Assembly: GCA_000708835.1 (NCBI GenBank)
Contig: DF237446.1
Coordinates: 1 to 64,000, forward strand
DNA length: 64,000 nt
Origin: Klebsormidium nitens
Lineage: Eukaryota > Plantae > Klebsormidiophyceae
Direction: 5' to 3'
Shown: positions 1-12,885 of the stretch, piece after piece
Position numbering within the stretch: position 1 is the stretch's first letter
Layout: every line of letters starts with the position of its first letter
The notes under the pieces: model-generated
What the model saw: the letters and a program-made list of their open reading frames with translations, nothing else
Database searches by the model: none
What the model was told of the DNA's origin: nothing
Position numbers and translations under genes: made by a program

Positions 1-166
1 CTCTGCTTCACAAGAATCACAACTGGCCGGTGTGATATCACAGTCTGCTCGTAGGCCTCGTCTACAGTTTGTCCTTGGACGTGGGCAGAAAGCTTCCGGC
101 GAAGCTAGAGCTGCGGTATAGGAAGTCGGCGGAAAGGAAATCAGGACAACAAGAGCGGTAGAAAGA

Positions 167-3100
167 ATGGCGCCCAAGTTCTTCAAGAACGTGTCCAACC
201 TGCTGACCCGCCGAAGCAGCTCCGGCAGAGACCTGGATTCTGAGCGCTCCCCCTCCGACAAGGTTCTGAACGATCAATCCCCTGTTTCTGAAGCCCGCAC
301 GTCCCGCCCTTCAGACCCCGAGCCAAAGGACGAGGAAGGGACCTACACTGATTATGGGCTCTTCTTGAACGCTCTCGCGGGCCACGTAGAAGAGCTGCAA
401 GACTCCATTGATTATGACTACCCCGTCTTTGCATACAACATTGTTCAGAAGATTAAGCCGGCGATTGACAATCCGGACGGTCTGACGCTGGCCGAGATGC
501 GCCAAGTGGCGGCGAATGTGTTCGACCACTGTACGAGGGTCGCGGGAGCGGCCAAGATTGCGGCGCAGCTGATGGATATGTCGCGGGGGGTGGTCATACC
601 AGGGGACTGGGACAAGAAGGGCGAGCTGCTACGGGCGTTGAAGAGGCTGGCGCGCGCGCTGTCGGATGAAGATATTGCGCCAATCATGGTCAAAAGTGAG
701 CTCGCTAACCCTCAATTGAGCAATGCAGGGCGCTAAGGGCAATATCTGGAGGTTGCATTAAATCTCTATTGAGTGGTCAAGGCCATACCTTTCATTTAAT
801 TTCATGGCTTGCTGGAATCTTGTTGGAATATGGAGGTATGTCGGCAAGGGGCAATGTGGGTTGTGTTGGTTTCTTGTCACCAATGACAAAAAGGAAGTGA
901 AGTTCAATGCTTATGGAGACTCCAAATCAGATAGCATTGCCATCAGAAAGACCAGATCTCATTGATTCCTTATCTTTAGAAAAGTGCATCCTTCTTGGCA
1001 AACTGTAAAGAATTTTGTCAATGCCGTGTGGCTCTTGCCGTTTCGTTGGCATTCATGTCAGCAATTGCAGCCGTTTGAGTCCGTTTGAGTTGGCTGCACC
1101 AGTATCCTTATGTATGGGCGGATGTCTGACTAGGCATAGCAAGGAGGAGGTTCTGTATAAGTGGCTGCCGTGAGTTGGGCAAGGCTCAATATTTCTTTAG
1201 ACATAAGGTGAACTTCCGGCATACAATTGACTGCCCGGTAGGCGAAGAATGCAGTTGAGCATCCAGCGGCAGGGCGGGATGAGCAATTCGCCTCCAGACG
1301 CCAGTTTTGCTCGCCGAATATTTGAGCGTAGCTAACCCGGTGGAATGACCCGCCTGCTTACGAGCTTGGCAAACCTACAAACCTTCTTCTTGACCAACTG
1401 CCCAACCGTCTCTTAACCCGTGCGCAGACCCTGCCGCCTGCCAGTTCCTGGAGCTCCCCGTCTGGTTCGCCACCTGTCGCAAGCCCACTGGCTCCACCAC
1501 CCCCTCCGCATATTTCGGAACCCAGCGCGGTCTCGACATGGAACTCGGTTACGTCAACGTTTCGGTTCCCGACGTCGACGACATGGCCCTGTCCGGGGCC
1601 CCCCTTCCCCACGGTTGGGAACATGATCGGGACCGCGAGGTTAAGAAGAAGAAAAGCCGGTTACTGATTGCCAAGTGCCTGGTTATCCAGAAAGAGCAGT
1701 TTGGGTTTCATGTGAAGAAGTTAACCAAGTTAGCGACGGTTAAGGAGGCGGTGATGTACGTGCACGGGTACAACAACAAGTTCTCTGCGGCCGCGATGAA
1801 GTTTGCGCTTGCGGCGTACAAGATGAAGGCGGACGCGCCGCTCTTCATGTTCAGCTGGCCGTCCTTCCAGGTGGGCGCAAAAACTTTAAGGTTGAAGATC
1901 CTAGATACTTGGAAACGTGATATCCTCACATTATGAGCTGCTGAAAGGTTAGAAAGCGCAATAGAAAGTTGGCACTTCTTCCAGGTGGGTTCGGATACTT
2001 AGGAAATAGAAACTCTTGGAATATGCAGTACACCCCTCCTTTTTCCTTTTCCACCGTGGTCGCTTGCGCTTTTCTTCCGAAGTCCGACCCTTCTCAGGAC
2101 TACACGGAATCGTTTTTCCAAGTCGCCCAGTTCGCTGCTTCATCAGCCTCGAGCTGAGTGCGTATCTGTTAGGTGTCCTTACTTTGTGTAGCTTCAGCAT
2201 TCTCGCCCACTCCAGCAGCCTTTCAACCACGTCGTGGCTGCTCTTGTCACCTCTGAGCTTTTGTTCGTCTCCGCTGCATCATAGGAGAAGCCAACTCTTG
2301 AGATGCATTTTTCTGCCATCGTTTGCCAACTTACATTCGGCTGTGTTTGGCGCAGAGATCTTATAGCATTCTGTCAACTTCTTTGCTCTTGCTCCTGCTC
2401 CGTTTGGAAACTTATAAAGCTCTACAACCCTCTCAACCATCGAACTTCCTAATCCAATAAACCAAGCCCAACAGCCTGAGAGTCTGGATTCCAAAACTCC
2501 ACTGCTCCTTGTGCTTTCCCGCCGTACCAGCTATTCACGGGCGACGAGAAGAGCCCTTTCGGGCAAAACCTCTTCCCTCTTCAGCTCAATCTTGTCCCTT
2601 CCTTTCAAGCCCAACAAAGCAAGCTGAGAGAGGAAATTCTAAACTCAGACCCCTTTTCTGTTCCTCGATTCATGACAGCTGGACACGGGCGACAAGGCAA
2701 ACTCGATGTAAGCGACTTATTTCTTCTTTTCTGCCTCTCCGTTAGACTCCCGAGCCTAAGGATCCACAGTGAAACTCCAGACCCTAAACCTCAAACGCCG
2801 TTCCTCTTCCCAGTTGTACCAGCTACACACGGGCGACGAGGCGACGCAATCTGGGCGTTTCCTTGTCTCTCAGTCGTCTCTCAGTCAAGCGTTCGCTCCC
2901 ATCAAACTCCCTAGCCCAACGTAGCGAGCCTAAAACCCAAAAACTCTCTTAGATTATCAAAGGTCTCTTTGTTCTTTCCAGTCGTACCAGCTGTACACAG
3001 GCGACGAGGCAAACGCGATGTGGGCATTTCCTCGTTCTCTCAGTCACGCAATCTTTTCCATCAAACTTCCTCGCCCAACAAAACAAGCCTAAAACTCTCT

Positions 3101-4587
3101 TGGATTTCTAAAGGTCTTTCTCTTTGTTCCAGTCGTACCAGCTGTACACGGGCGACGAGGCCAACGCGATGTGGGCGGTCCCCCACTTCCTCCATTTCCT
3201 CACGATCGCGCTCAAGTTCTTCGGCCTTGAGAAAGTGCATCTAATCGCGCACAGTATGGGAAGCCGCGTCGTCCTCTACTCGCTCGCGCGCCTCGCCCCG
3301 GAGCTTCTCCCCGAGGGCTCGGCCAAGCTGGGTCGCCTCGTGCTGGCCGCCCCGGACTTTGACTCAGGGGAGTTCCGGCTCATGGCGCCCGCGCTTGCGC
3401 AGAAGGTGTGTCGCTTTTCCCCGCTCTAATTTCCCTACGATTGTCTAGTGGGCGACGGCAAGGGTCAGAAAATTCCACGAACGTACTTCGGGGACGTACC
3501 AAAAATGGAACTGCAATCCAAGACAAGCGCTGAACTCCGCGCGTCTCCTGGTGGCATTACAAGGGGTTTGTTTGTGTCAAATTTTGGCAGCAAGGTTCAC
3601 CCTGAAGTTTCTTAACACCTCAAGAACTCCAAAGCGTTAATATCAGGGAGCTCTTAGAGCAAAGTTGTTTTGGCAGCCACCCAGAGCGCTGCGCTTCGCC
3701 CTCAGTGAACGAAAAGGATATTGCCACGTGGCAGTCTCTGCCAGCGTCCTTAAAATAACTCTTGTGGGCTGCTCTTTGCGGCTCATCCGCACCAAACCGT
3801 CGTTGGAGAATCTTCCGGTGTTCAAAACGCTGGCCTATAAGATCGGGAGCAACCGTTTCTGGTACAAGATAGAAACCGGCCCAAAATTACTTTACATGGT
3901 CAAGCGGACTGAAGAAAGCGGACAAACGTTCAAAGGTCTTACTTATGCCTACCTGCTGTCATATTTTGGCTGATCCACACCCTCTTCCGTTCCGTCGATT
4001 CGCCTTCGCTGTTGCGATTCTTCATCTAGTTCTACTATATCTCCCCCCCTCCATCTTTGCCACGTGGATTGGACTCTCTTCCCGCTGAAAGCCTAAGCCT
4101 GTAGCATCAAGCTTCTGCGCAACAATTCAAACCCGCCCTTTCAGAGATCATTCACGTCGCCCTCTCCATTTGCGTTCAGATGGAGCATATCACGGTCTAC
4201 TGCGCCTCCGACGACCAGGCCCTCCAGCTGTCGACACGTGTCCACGGGGGCCACCCCCGGCTGGGCGACTTCCGGCTGACGTCAGCGAAGGCCGACGTGC
4301 ACTCCCCCTACGGCGACGTCGAGAACATCGACACGATCGACGCGAGCGGGCTGGAGTCAGGGCTGGTGCGTCACGGGTACATCTTCTCGCACGCGGGCGT
4401 TCTGGAGGACGCGTGCGAGTTCCTGAAGACCGGAATTCCGGCGGAACAGCGGCCCGCCCTGGCCGCCAGGAAAACGGAGCACGGGCTGACGTACTATACG
4501 TTCGTGGACCCGTCGCATAAGGCGTCGGTGATCGAGCAGGAGATGCCGGAGGAGAACACGGCGGACGAGAGCGGCTTCGTCCGATAA
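167..4587 (+). CDS. DUF900-family alpha/beta hydrolase (esterase/lipase-like), ~550 aa, 4 exons, with an unassigned N-terminal region
   Basis: Exons 167-695, 1428-1870, 3133-3405 and 4180-4587 join in frame through GT-AG introns (1653 nt). Motifs: VWFATCRK..YFG..RG, VSVP, YVHGYNN, FSWPS, nucleophile elbow AHSMG, LAAPD, YCASDDQAL and a late His (RHGY), all typical of DUF900 hydrolases. Confidence 0.85.
2505..3180 (+). repeat. Degenerate tandem array (~150-170 bp period): four decayed copies of the intron-2 acceptor plus the start of exon 3, followed by the live copy
   Basis: The motif 'ccag|tcgtaccagctgtacacgggcgacgagg' recurs at ~2522, ~2670, 2814, 2982 and 3133 (live), with identity falling away from the live exon. 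Confidence 0.9.
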
Positions 4588-7500
4588 GGGGGGGGCGCTT
4601 TTGTGCTCTCGAAACAATGGGAGCATCTACAGTGTATAAAGAATGGAGGAAGCGGGGCCGCACATAAGCGCGGATTAGTTGGTGCTCCTTTGGGAAAGAA
4701 GGGTGTTTATAAGCATGGTCGGGAAACGCAACCCCCTGTTAGGGTGCGGCACTGATACGAACAGGTTTTTGACCGAGAAGACGCATGTGTCTCCGAACGC
4801 TTAGCAAAAGCAACAGAGAGAAGCGAACCCGTAAAAAGTTGGCAGTAGTTGAACTCATGATGCCGCGCATTGAAGCCTGCTGACCACATAACGTTGAGGC
4901 TATATGGTCACTCGAGCGCAGTGCCAATAGAAGGCTTACGTAGGATTTTGTCAGAGCTGAAGTTGACCTTGCTTTTGACCATGTTGAGGAGCTTGTTTGA
5001 CAGAAGGCCGGGTCTCCATCATTTTTCACACGGTTGAGTTGTCCATTTCGAAATATAAACGTATTATTATAAGGTCTTTCAAACCGCGTAGCTATTTCAA
5101 CGCCTGGTCTCAGTCGCCGAGTTTTCGGTCAGAAAGTTCTTTCGAGCGAAAAGCTGCCGACGGTGCCAGGAACGGCTCAAACTTAGTTGTCAGTGACATC
5201 AGTGAGGACCAACTTGTGCGCCAGCATGCTATGTCAAGAATGTTTTTATATGCATAGCTGAAATCAATTAGCTTCCATATGCCGTGAGATCTGGGCATGT
5301 CTGACGATCATTCATTCGGCGGCTCGCTGGCAGTTAGTGGCTCACGTACTGACGCATGGCCCATGTGCCACCGTTCGCCAGCTGTACGCTTGTAGGGGGG
5401 AAGAACCAATCTCAACCAAATGCATCACATGTCAATTATGACTAGTTGCGTAAGTGTATGCATATCTCATCAGGACTCGTCATGGCATGCAGGATTACGA
5501 CTAGCGGCCAGGAACTGGACCGTCGGCCCGGCCATTGAGAGCTTAATGGCTCGTGCAAGAAGGAGGGCAGCCTAAAGACCCACCGGACATGCATGAAGAA
5601 GGGCATGAGGTAAGGGCATCCGACTTGCCGACAGCGTAAAACGTCTGACGTGATGAGCAAACGCAAAAAGATCAGGTTTGATGAGACACGATTAACGGTA
5701 GCGTGGCAACTGGCAAGATTGGCGGCGGACTTCATGCATCTTATGCCGGCCGCACGCTTGTATCTAGATCCGACTGAAACGGATGCACTGCAGCCTTCGT
5801 CTTCCGAAGATCATCTCGTCTTATCCGTTCCGACTACGTATATGTAGCAGCTCGCCAGCTTCGGACTGGTCGGAACAGTAGCTGGTGCAAGAGTCTGACC
5901 GCCTTCGGATTGCGATTATGTCGGCCGAATCCTGCAGATCACGTTCCTAAACTGCGGCCTCCAAAAGTCTTCTCTGATTAGTAACAAGTTTACAAGAACT
6001 GGAAAAACAACCGAAAACCTACGTCACCGGCCAATCCACAAAAACGTCCCATACGTACCCTCCTGTTTCATACTAGCATGCAGTGAAGCTCAACTTACAC
6101 GACTCCTTCCGGCCCTGCCGGATGATGCTTGCAGTGGACCTTGTGGGTCGCCCAGTGCACCTTCTGGTGCTCCTTACTGCATCAAAACGCGTGTTACATG
6201 AGAGAATGCAAACGACAATCATGATTGAATTTGCAATTCCCGAGTTTCCCTGTGCATAAATGCGAAGCATTCCCACGCTTTGCATCAGAGCTTTAGGCAC
6301 AACCAAACACCTTTTGAAGTAGGAAAGAACAGCTCCCAAAAGCAATCTATCCGAGAGCAGTCAAGAATAACATCTCGAAGAAAATAATCATCTGGAACTC
6401 GCCCACAACTCCGGCACTCTTTCGAACCTCGCAATGGCTCGACGATCATAATTACGCGCTTCCCTTGTCCGCATTAATTGACCAAGACAGCTTCAATTTG
6501 AAAGAATCGCAAGCCGTCCAATTGAGAGCCTGCATCAGAAGCTTTGGAGAGACCTTGAGATTTTTGCCTTAGAGGCTTAGAAGAATGTTCTACGTACAGG
6601 CTTGAGACGAAGGACCAAAACGATTACAAGGGTACTGCTAGTCGTGGTTCGCAGAGTCGATAGATATAGCCGCTTAGTTGGAAACAAAGGCACAAAGAAT
6701 GGAAGAACACAAAGAACGTCGCTTCGTGTTACAAATGAGGGCAGATCCTCGTTTCCAGTTTGAACAACGCCCTCAACAGAGAAAGTTAAGGACATCTTCG
6801 TCTTAAATTCTAAACCTTCAAGGCTCCAGATCTGAGGGAAGCCGGCCGAATCACCGAATTCTGGCATACCTGCAGTAGCGCGCGACGCGGCCGCCGCCCG
6901 CACGCGCTAAACCCCTTCCCAACGGCGGGCTCGCGGCCGGCCGCGCACTCTTTTCACGAACAAACAACATGGGCCGGGGGCCCGGGGCGGACCCGGAATC
7001 TGCCCGGGCGATTTCGTGTCGCTAACCCACCGGACTGTAGGCGACGCGCGCCGGAACCTTCCGGAGAACGAAACTTCCCGGGAATCGAGCGGAGTCCTGA
7101 TAGCTCACAAGGTCTTCCGAGACGCCATGAGAGACTCGCTGGATCAGGGGATCGGAGCCTATTTGTACATTTCAGAACCCTTCTTTGAAGGTGCTTTGAA
7201 GCAGAGTTTTTCGGCAGCCTGCCTCCTCCGTCGGACAGTGCGCAGAGAATCCGGTACAGCTGTCCGGTCTCGCGGTCAGTCTGGCGCTCTCAGCAGACAG
7301 CCAATTGTGGGCGATTGACATGGGTTTGCTCAAACTAGTAGCAGCAATCTACGAAGCATCGCCCCTTCAAGAGCTGTCCGCCGCGAGGGTCGAATCACTC
7401 CAGCGTTCCGGTGCAACAGAGGTGCAACAGAGTTCTGTTCCGCTTGCTTGTGTCGGAGTTTACAGTGGCAAAAGTCCGCGCGCGCAACGCGCTCGTCACG

Positions 7501-7810
7501 TTCCGGCCCCACCGCAGGAAGATCAACGGAGCGGAACCGGACTCGGAGATGCTTGGGGTTTACACCCAGTGCGCGCGCATATTCGGCTAAGGAGTGGAAG
7601 TGTGAGGAAGAGCGCCATAACGGAACCGCCCTCGTTCCGTCCCTCCTCAAGCAGCGCTCCACAACAGCCTTGCTCGCGGAAAGGCTTCCGAGCGCCAAGG
7701 TAAAAAAAAAAAATCAACAATCGAGGCGTGCTGTAGCAACCCTTTTCGCCCGGGGGCTACTGGGAGAAATCATCAGCAGATCGCCGGAAAGAAAGTGCAA
7801 ACATGAAACT

Positions 7811-7895
7811 GGAGTCGCGGCCAGGATTTGAACCCGCAATCTATCGTGAGTCGATGTTCGCTGAGTCCGTCGGTCTCACCACTAGACCATCCCCC
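7811..7895 (-). pseudogene. tRNA-like element (tRNA pseudogene or tRNA-derived SINE head)
   Basis: The minus strand reads GGGGGATGGTCTAGTGGTGAGACC...GCGGGTTCAAATCCTGG: Pol III box A (TGGTCTAGTGG), D-stem GTCT/AGAC and box B (GGTTCAAATCC). The acceptor stem does not pair and there is no clean anticodon arm. Confidence 0.6.
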
Positions 7896-9940
7896 TAAAA
7901 ACCCTTGAGGCACTTTCCAATATGTCTGATCTGCGATTCAGTCTCGCAACGTTTTAGTAGAGGTCGCAGCAGGTTCCCTAGTACGACCTGACGACCCCCC
8001 CGCGATACGCAGCGACCTCCTGAGCGAGCCTGGAAACGTGTCCGCAGCAGCTAGGGTTTCAGCTGTTTGCAATTAGGAGTCGATGACAGTTGAGCAAAAG
8101 TGCCATTGCGCCCACTTCGCCCCACTGGGGGCGAAGTCCTTACTGATGTCGACAGACGGTCTGTCGACATCAGTAAAGAAGCACAGCGCTCCACGGCGAC
8201 CTCGTCCATGTGATCTAGTTCCTCCATCTTCCGGGAAATACATATAGTGTTGAGCCAAGAATGATGCTGGATAGACGTGTTGCACTAGGAGCAATGCTGA
8301 ATACCTTGCATCTCCTCTTTCCTAGCTTCTGTGCAACGGCGCATACACTGTGCGCCCGTCATTCTGGCACCTCCTTGAGCCGAGGGTCAAACAATTGATA
8401 GCAACCAACTCTGATTCTCTTCAAAGAGAGTGCGGAATTTCATGCAATCATAGCTGTCAGAGGCGCTCTTCGATTGAATTCACGCATGGGGTGCACATAT
8501 GCAGTTGGTGGCGGCCTTCAATTGCAACAAGCATCATGATGTAATCGTGAGAAGAGCCAGATTGAGAGCCGTGTTTCACAAATTAACGTCGGGTTAACGT
8601 CACTGCGCGTTGACTCGACAGCTGTGACATTAGCAAACGAAAGTCCCTGCGACAATCAGACTCGATGATGATAATGACATTTTTTGAGTTTTCACGAGGC
8701 AGATCGTAAGACACCTGGCACATGGTGAGGCTACATCTTTCAAAAACGAGATGTGCGCAGTGCCATGAGACGAACTGACGAAGGTCGGACCTACTACTTA
8801 GTGCAGCGGTTTTTCAAGAAATCGAAGGCTGCCAGCTTGGTAGTCGAAACCTCAGTGATCGCTTTTGCATAGACTCTAAACGCGAAAGCAAACTCAGTGT
8901 ATTGTAGTTGGTTGAAACTTCAACCTTACTTCCTTACAATATCATGGAGCTAGAGGTAATATATCAAAGGCGCTTTTTATCGGGCTTCAGAAGTGTTGCA
9001 ACCAGCTCGATTTGACGTACCAGTCTTCGGGTCAGAAACTAGAATGAATAAGATCACATCCATGAGATGTATCAGCTGCCACTCCATACTCGTTGTTGTC
9101 ACTGCTTTCAGAGTCACTCAAAGAACGCTGAATTCATTGCAGCGCTCATGACTGGTTGCAGCGAGTGTGAATACTTTGCTCATGGGGGTATGTAACGTAT
9201 ATGCCAGCTTGTATTAGCATGATGCATATACGAAGGTGTAGCTCGACGGCGACATACATACATATTGATACATCAATAACACGTGGATGATTTAATTGGG
9301 ACCATGGTTAAGGCTAGGCGCGCCTAGCCCATAATAATGGGCGACCAATAACAATGGCCCGTCGTCCCAAACCCCTAAAAGGGGTCGCCAGAACTGTTTG
9401 TGTGTGATGACCTGGGCTAAGGCCGGTACGTGGCCACATATTATCACACCCGATCACATGCCCCTAGGGGCCTATTGCAACACCCGTTTACACCGTTCAA
9501 CCCATTGTCCATCGTGTAGCACAGTATCGTCCACACTGATATCATGTATGAAATTGATACTTTGCGTCCAATTGAAATTCTGACAGGTTATGTTTGGGCA
9601 AATTTCCAATTGCGTGATTACAATCCTTCGGGAAAAAACATGAGTTGAGGTGTAGCGGTCCAGAGGAGTACTTTAGGGTCTTTGGGATACAAACATTGAG
9701 CTCAAAGCTGTCTCTGCTCGATACGGCCCCTCGCCTTCCCTCCGTGTGATTGCTTGCTAGAAGCCGGCTGCAAATGCAACGAGCAGGTAAGATGCTGTGA
9801 GCAACCAGAAGCTGCAACGCGGGAGATGATGCTTCTATTTCCACAAGGTTTCGTGCTGACCTGACCTACTCCAATCGCGAATCATGGTTAAACTCGATAC
9901 TTTAGCAAACGCAATTCACTGAATCAGGAAGCAGATACAC

Positions 9941-12885
9941 CGTTCCTTCGTCAAGATCATGCACGGTGGCAAAGAACTGTCTTAAAGACTTACCCCAGTC
10001 GAGGTTCTTCTCGACCATGTTCTCTAACTCGATTTTGAACACCCTTGACGTAACAGCGATATCGTCTCGTTCGCCCCCAGCACAGTTCACTCCCACCACC
10101 CTTCCCTTCTCGAAGGATGGTCCCCCGCTCAGCCCCCGCCTCCCCCAGCCCTCCGACCCAAAAGACTTTCCGGGTCCCAGCTCGATCATGAAATGCCCCT
10201 TGTCTTGAAGAAGCTCCACCGGGCTCCCCGACTCGGGGTCCATTCGGCCGAAACCGACCTGAAACAGTAAAGTGTGCGTGTTTCTCGACACATTGTCAAG
10301 TGTCTGTACTTTCAGACCACTGTACTTGAGCTGCGAACCTCACACGCACGGCCTTCATGAGGGGCATACTTGCCAAGCAAAGGGGGCACATGTTCTATAT
10401 TCCCAGCAAGACGGCCTTCAAAGCTTGTAAAGCACCCCATGCTTTACCAAACAGATCTTTCAATAGTTCGTCCTGAAGGCACTTCCATCGAAGAAGTCGT
10501 GCATAAGCTGTAGCCTTTTCCCGTTCCTCCTACGGGCCCCTTAGAATAAAGGCAAGATCCCCTAAAGTCAGGTATTATGCAGGTTCAACAAGAGACTTCA
10601 TTTCAGCAACATTCCATCGCTTCACGCTTGGCTTGCCGCAGATCTAGGCACGTCACAAACTTGCAGCCGCACTCTCGAACCAAAGCTCATTCAAAAAAGA
10701 CAGACGCATCCGAGGGGGCTTGTAGACTCGAGGTTTTCACCTTCACAATTTGATGCTTTGGTGTTAGGAAGGTGCGGCCCAACGTGGTGGAGAGGGCGGG
10801 AACCACCTTCGATACTTCCTCTGTTTCTCTCAAGGGAGCAACTTGGAGGACGGCATAGTCACAATCATAGCGGGCCCTCCGGTCACGGGCCTGCATTTGG
10901 TCAAAAAGGGACTTTCAAGTTTGTGAAGCGTTCCACATAGGCAAGCACGCTGACGATCTGACGTAAGGCTTTGTCCGTGTGCTTGTATGTCACTTACAAA
11001 TCATGCTCTTCTTATCATAGTTTGTAATGAAACCATTCAAGATGTGAGCTACCAGCTGCTTTCAAGATGCAAGTATGGCTCTCAATGCCTGGCTATACTC
11101 AAAAACGTGAAGGTATCAAGCGCTTATACGTCTACGAATCAGATTCTTTCTTTCTCAGGCGAGTCGAAGTAACAACCTGTAGCCAATGGGTTGCAAAGGA
11201 CGTCAAAGAGCACTCTTGTCTCAAGTGAAAGTTTAGTTGACATCAAGATTCTCAAAGTGTCAGTGTCTCACCTCGACGTAGCTCTGCGGCATAGCCACAC
11301 TCTTGACTGTATAATCGTTGTGACCGTTGCCGTCGGGAGTCATGAATCTGACGTGCGCAGCCTCGATGTCCTTGAGGGGGTGAAAGAGGTGCGCGGAGGA
11401 GAGAAGTCCGTCGGGTCCGACTAGGGCATCCGCCCCATCGTCGCCAAACTCGGGCCTGAACGTTGAACCAAGAATGGCTCCCTCCTTCTCGTTGTCGACA
11501 AAGACCCGTCCGATGGATGTAAAAGGAGCCACCGTGGGCTCATCGACAACCTAGATAAATGGAGAGCAACCTGATTCCTCTAGATTGCCCATAAAAAGTC
11601 AAGCCCAAGAGTCACTTAAAATTCGACCATCCTCGAAGATGAACAAGCACGTGCTATCACCAGGTACTGCAGATCCATGTCTTTCAAGAACCAACATGGT
11701 TGTGTCGACAGGGAAAATTGTGGTAACCAAGCATCTACGGCCTACTTGTTGCCCTCGAGGGCCAGAGCAGACAAAAGCTTCACGATCTAACAAGATTCCC
11801 GTCCCATTTGGATGCTCGTCAAGTGAGAAACAAGCTAAAGCCTGTTTACCTCGCATCGCTGACACTTCATAACCGCATCAGACCTGGCACGGATCGAGTC
11901 GTGAACGATCTCTGGGCGGCGATGGTGCAATTGACATAGATGTGGTTTGCTCTTTAACTACGACAACCTGCATCAGAGAGAGATTGCTGAAGGAGAAAGG
12001 AATGATCTTCTTACCTCTATCAAGCCCTGCTTGCCCTGCAAGACGTAGATAACAGGATAGTCAGTGAGGATCAATCGACTCGATCGACTGTGAACCAAAA
12101 CCAGAAAACCTCGCAGCCGGACTCAGTGATAGAAGAGGGTGCTCATCAACAAGGTCTGATTAGATTCCTCCATGTAAAGCCAGACTGTTGTACAGTCCTT
12201 ACCGTTGCTGCCCACCTGGGCTTCTTCTTTTTGTTCTTCTGTGAGCGCAGTATGCTTGATCCTCGACTCGCTTCAAGAGCCTGCAAAAGAGGAAGACCTG
12301 GATGAAAGAGGTATATGAAACCAGTGCGGATGATCCTCGCTACCGGAGCCTCATCAAAAACCTCGACAGGACTCTTCAACAAATAGACCCACGTTGAGGT
12401 CTGACTATGCTCTCATTTACTGATGATTTCCTCAAGTCCCTAAGTTACTTAAGAACTTCCGGAAGAACTCACCGTCTGGTGGGCCGCTGCATACAATGCC
12501 TTGAGCTCTGGAAGACCCTCTGGCACGTCGTAATCTGTGTCAGACTGGGGGTCATAAGCCTCCGGGGAAAGGTAGCCCCCAATCGCGATCATGTCGCCAT
12601 ACTGCAAATGAAGCCGGCCAATTTTATACAGAGGTAAACAGACCCCAGGAAAGATGGCAAAATCGCTGCCTTGAACCATCAAAAGCCAAGCGCAATGGTC
12701 CATGATATGCAGGTGTCTTTTCCTGCGAGGGTCTTGTTCTTCATTCTTTCATGGAATTGTGCAATTAAGACCAGGTATAGCTTTAGACTGGGAAGGTTTA
12801 CCTGCTTAAGCGCATCCTGCGCCTCGTTTGGAATGTCATAGTTGGTGTCCCTTTGCGGATCGTAAATGGCAGTATCTGGCGATGC
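9941..12885 (-). CDS. Trypsin-like (S1, V8/glutamyl-endopeptidase-like) serine protease; multi-exon, gene ends not fully resolved
   Basis: Phase-0 exons 11550-11272 (LLSSAHLF, catalytic His), 10890-10741 (YDCDYAVLQV, Asp) and 10258-9941 (GLSGGPSFEKGRVVGVNCAG, Ser) join in frame. Upstream exons 12885-12802 and 12601-12473 probably belong to the same gene, but the linking exons were not resolved. Confidence 0.75.

Noticed and set aside
4700-6900. Protein-coding genes among short ORFs
   Set aside because: Short, no motifs, no exon-like GC/codon bias; treated as intergenic.
7811-7895. Functional tRNA gene
   Set aside because: The acceptor stem cannot pair and no canonical anticodon stem-loop could be assigned; kept as a tRNA-like pseudogene.
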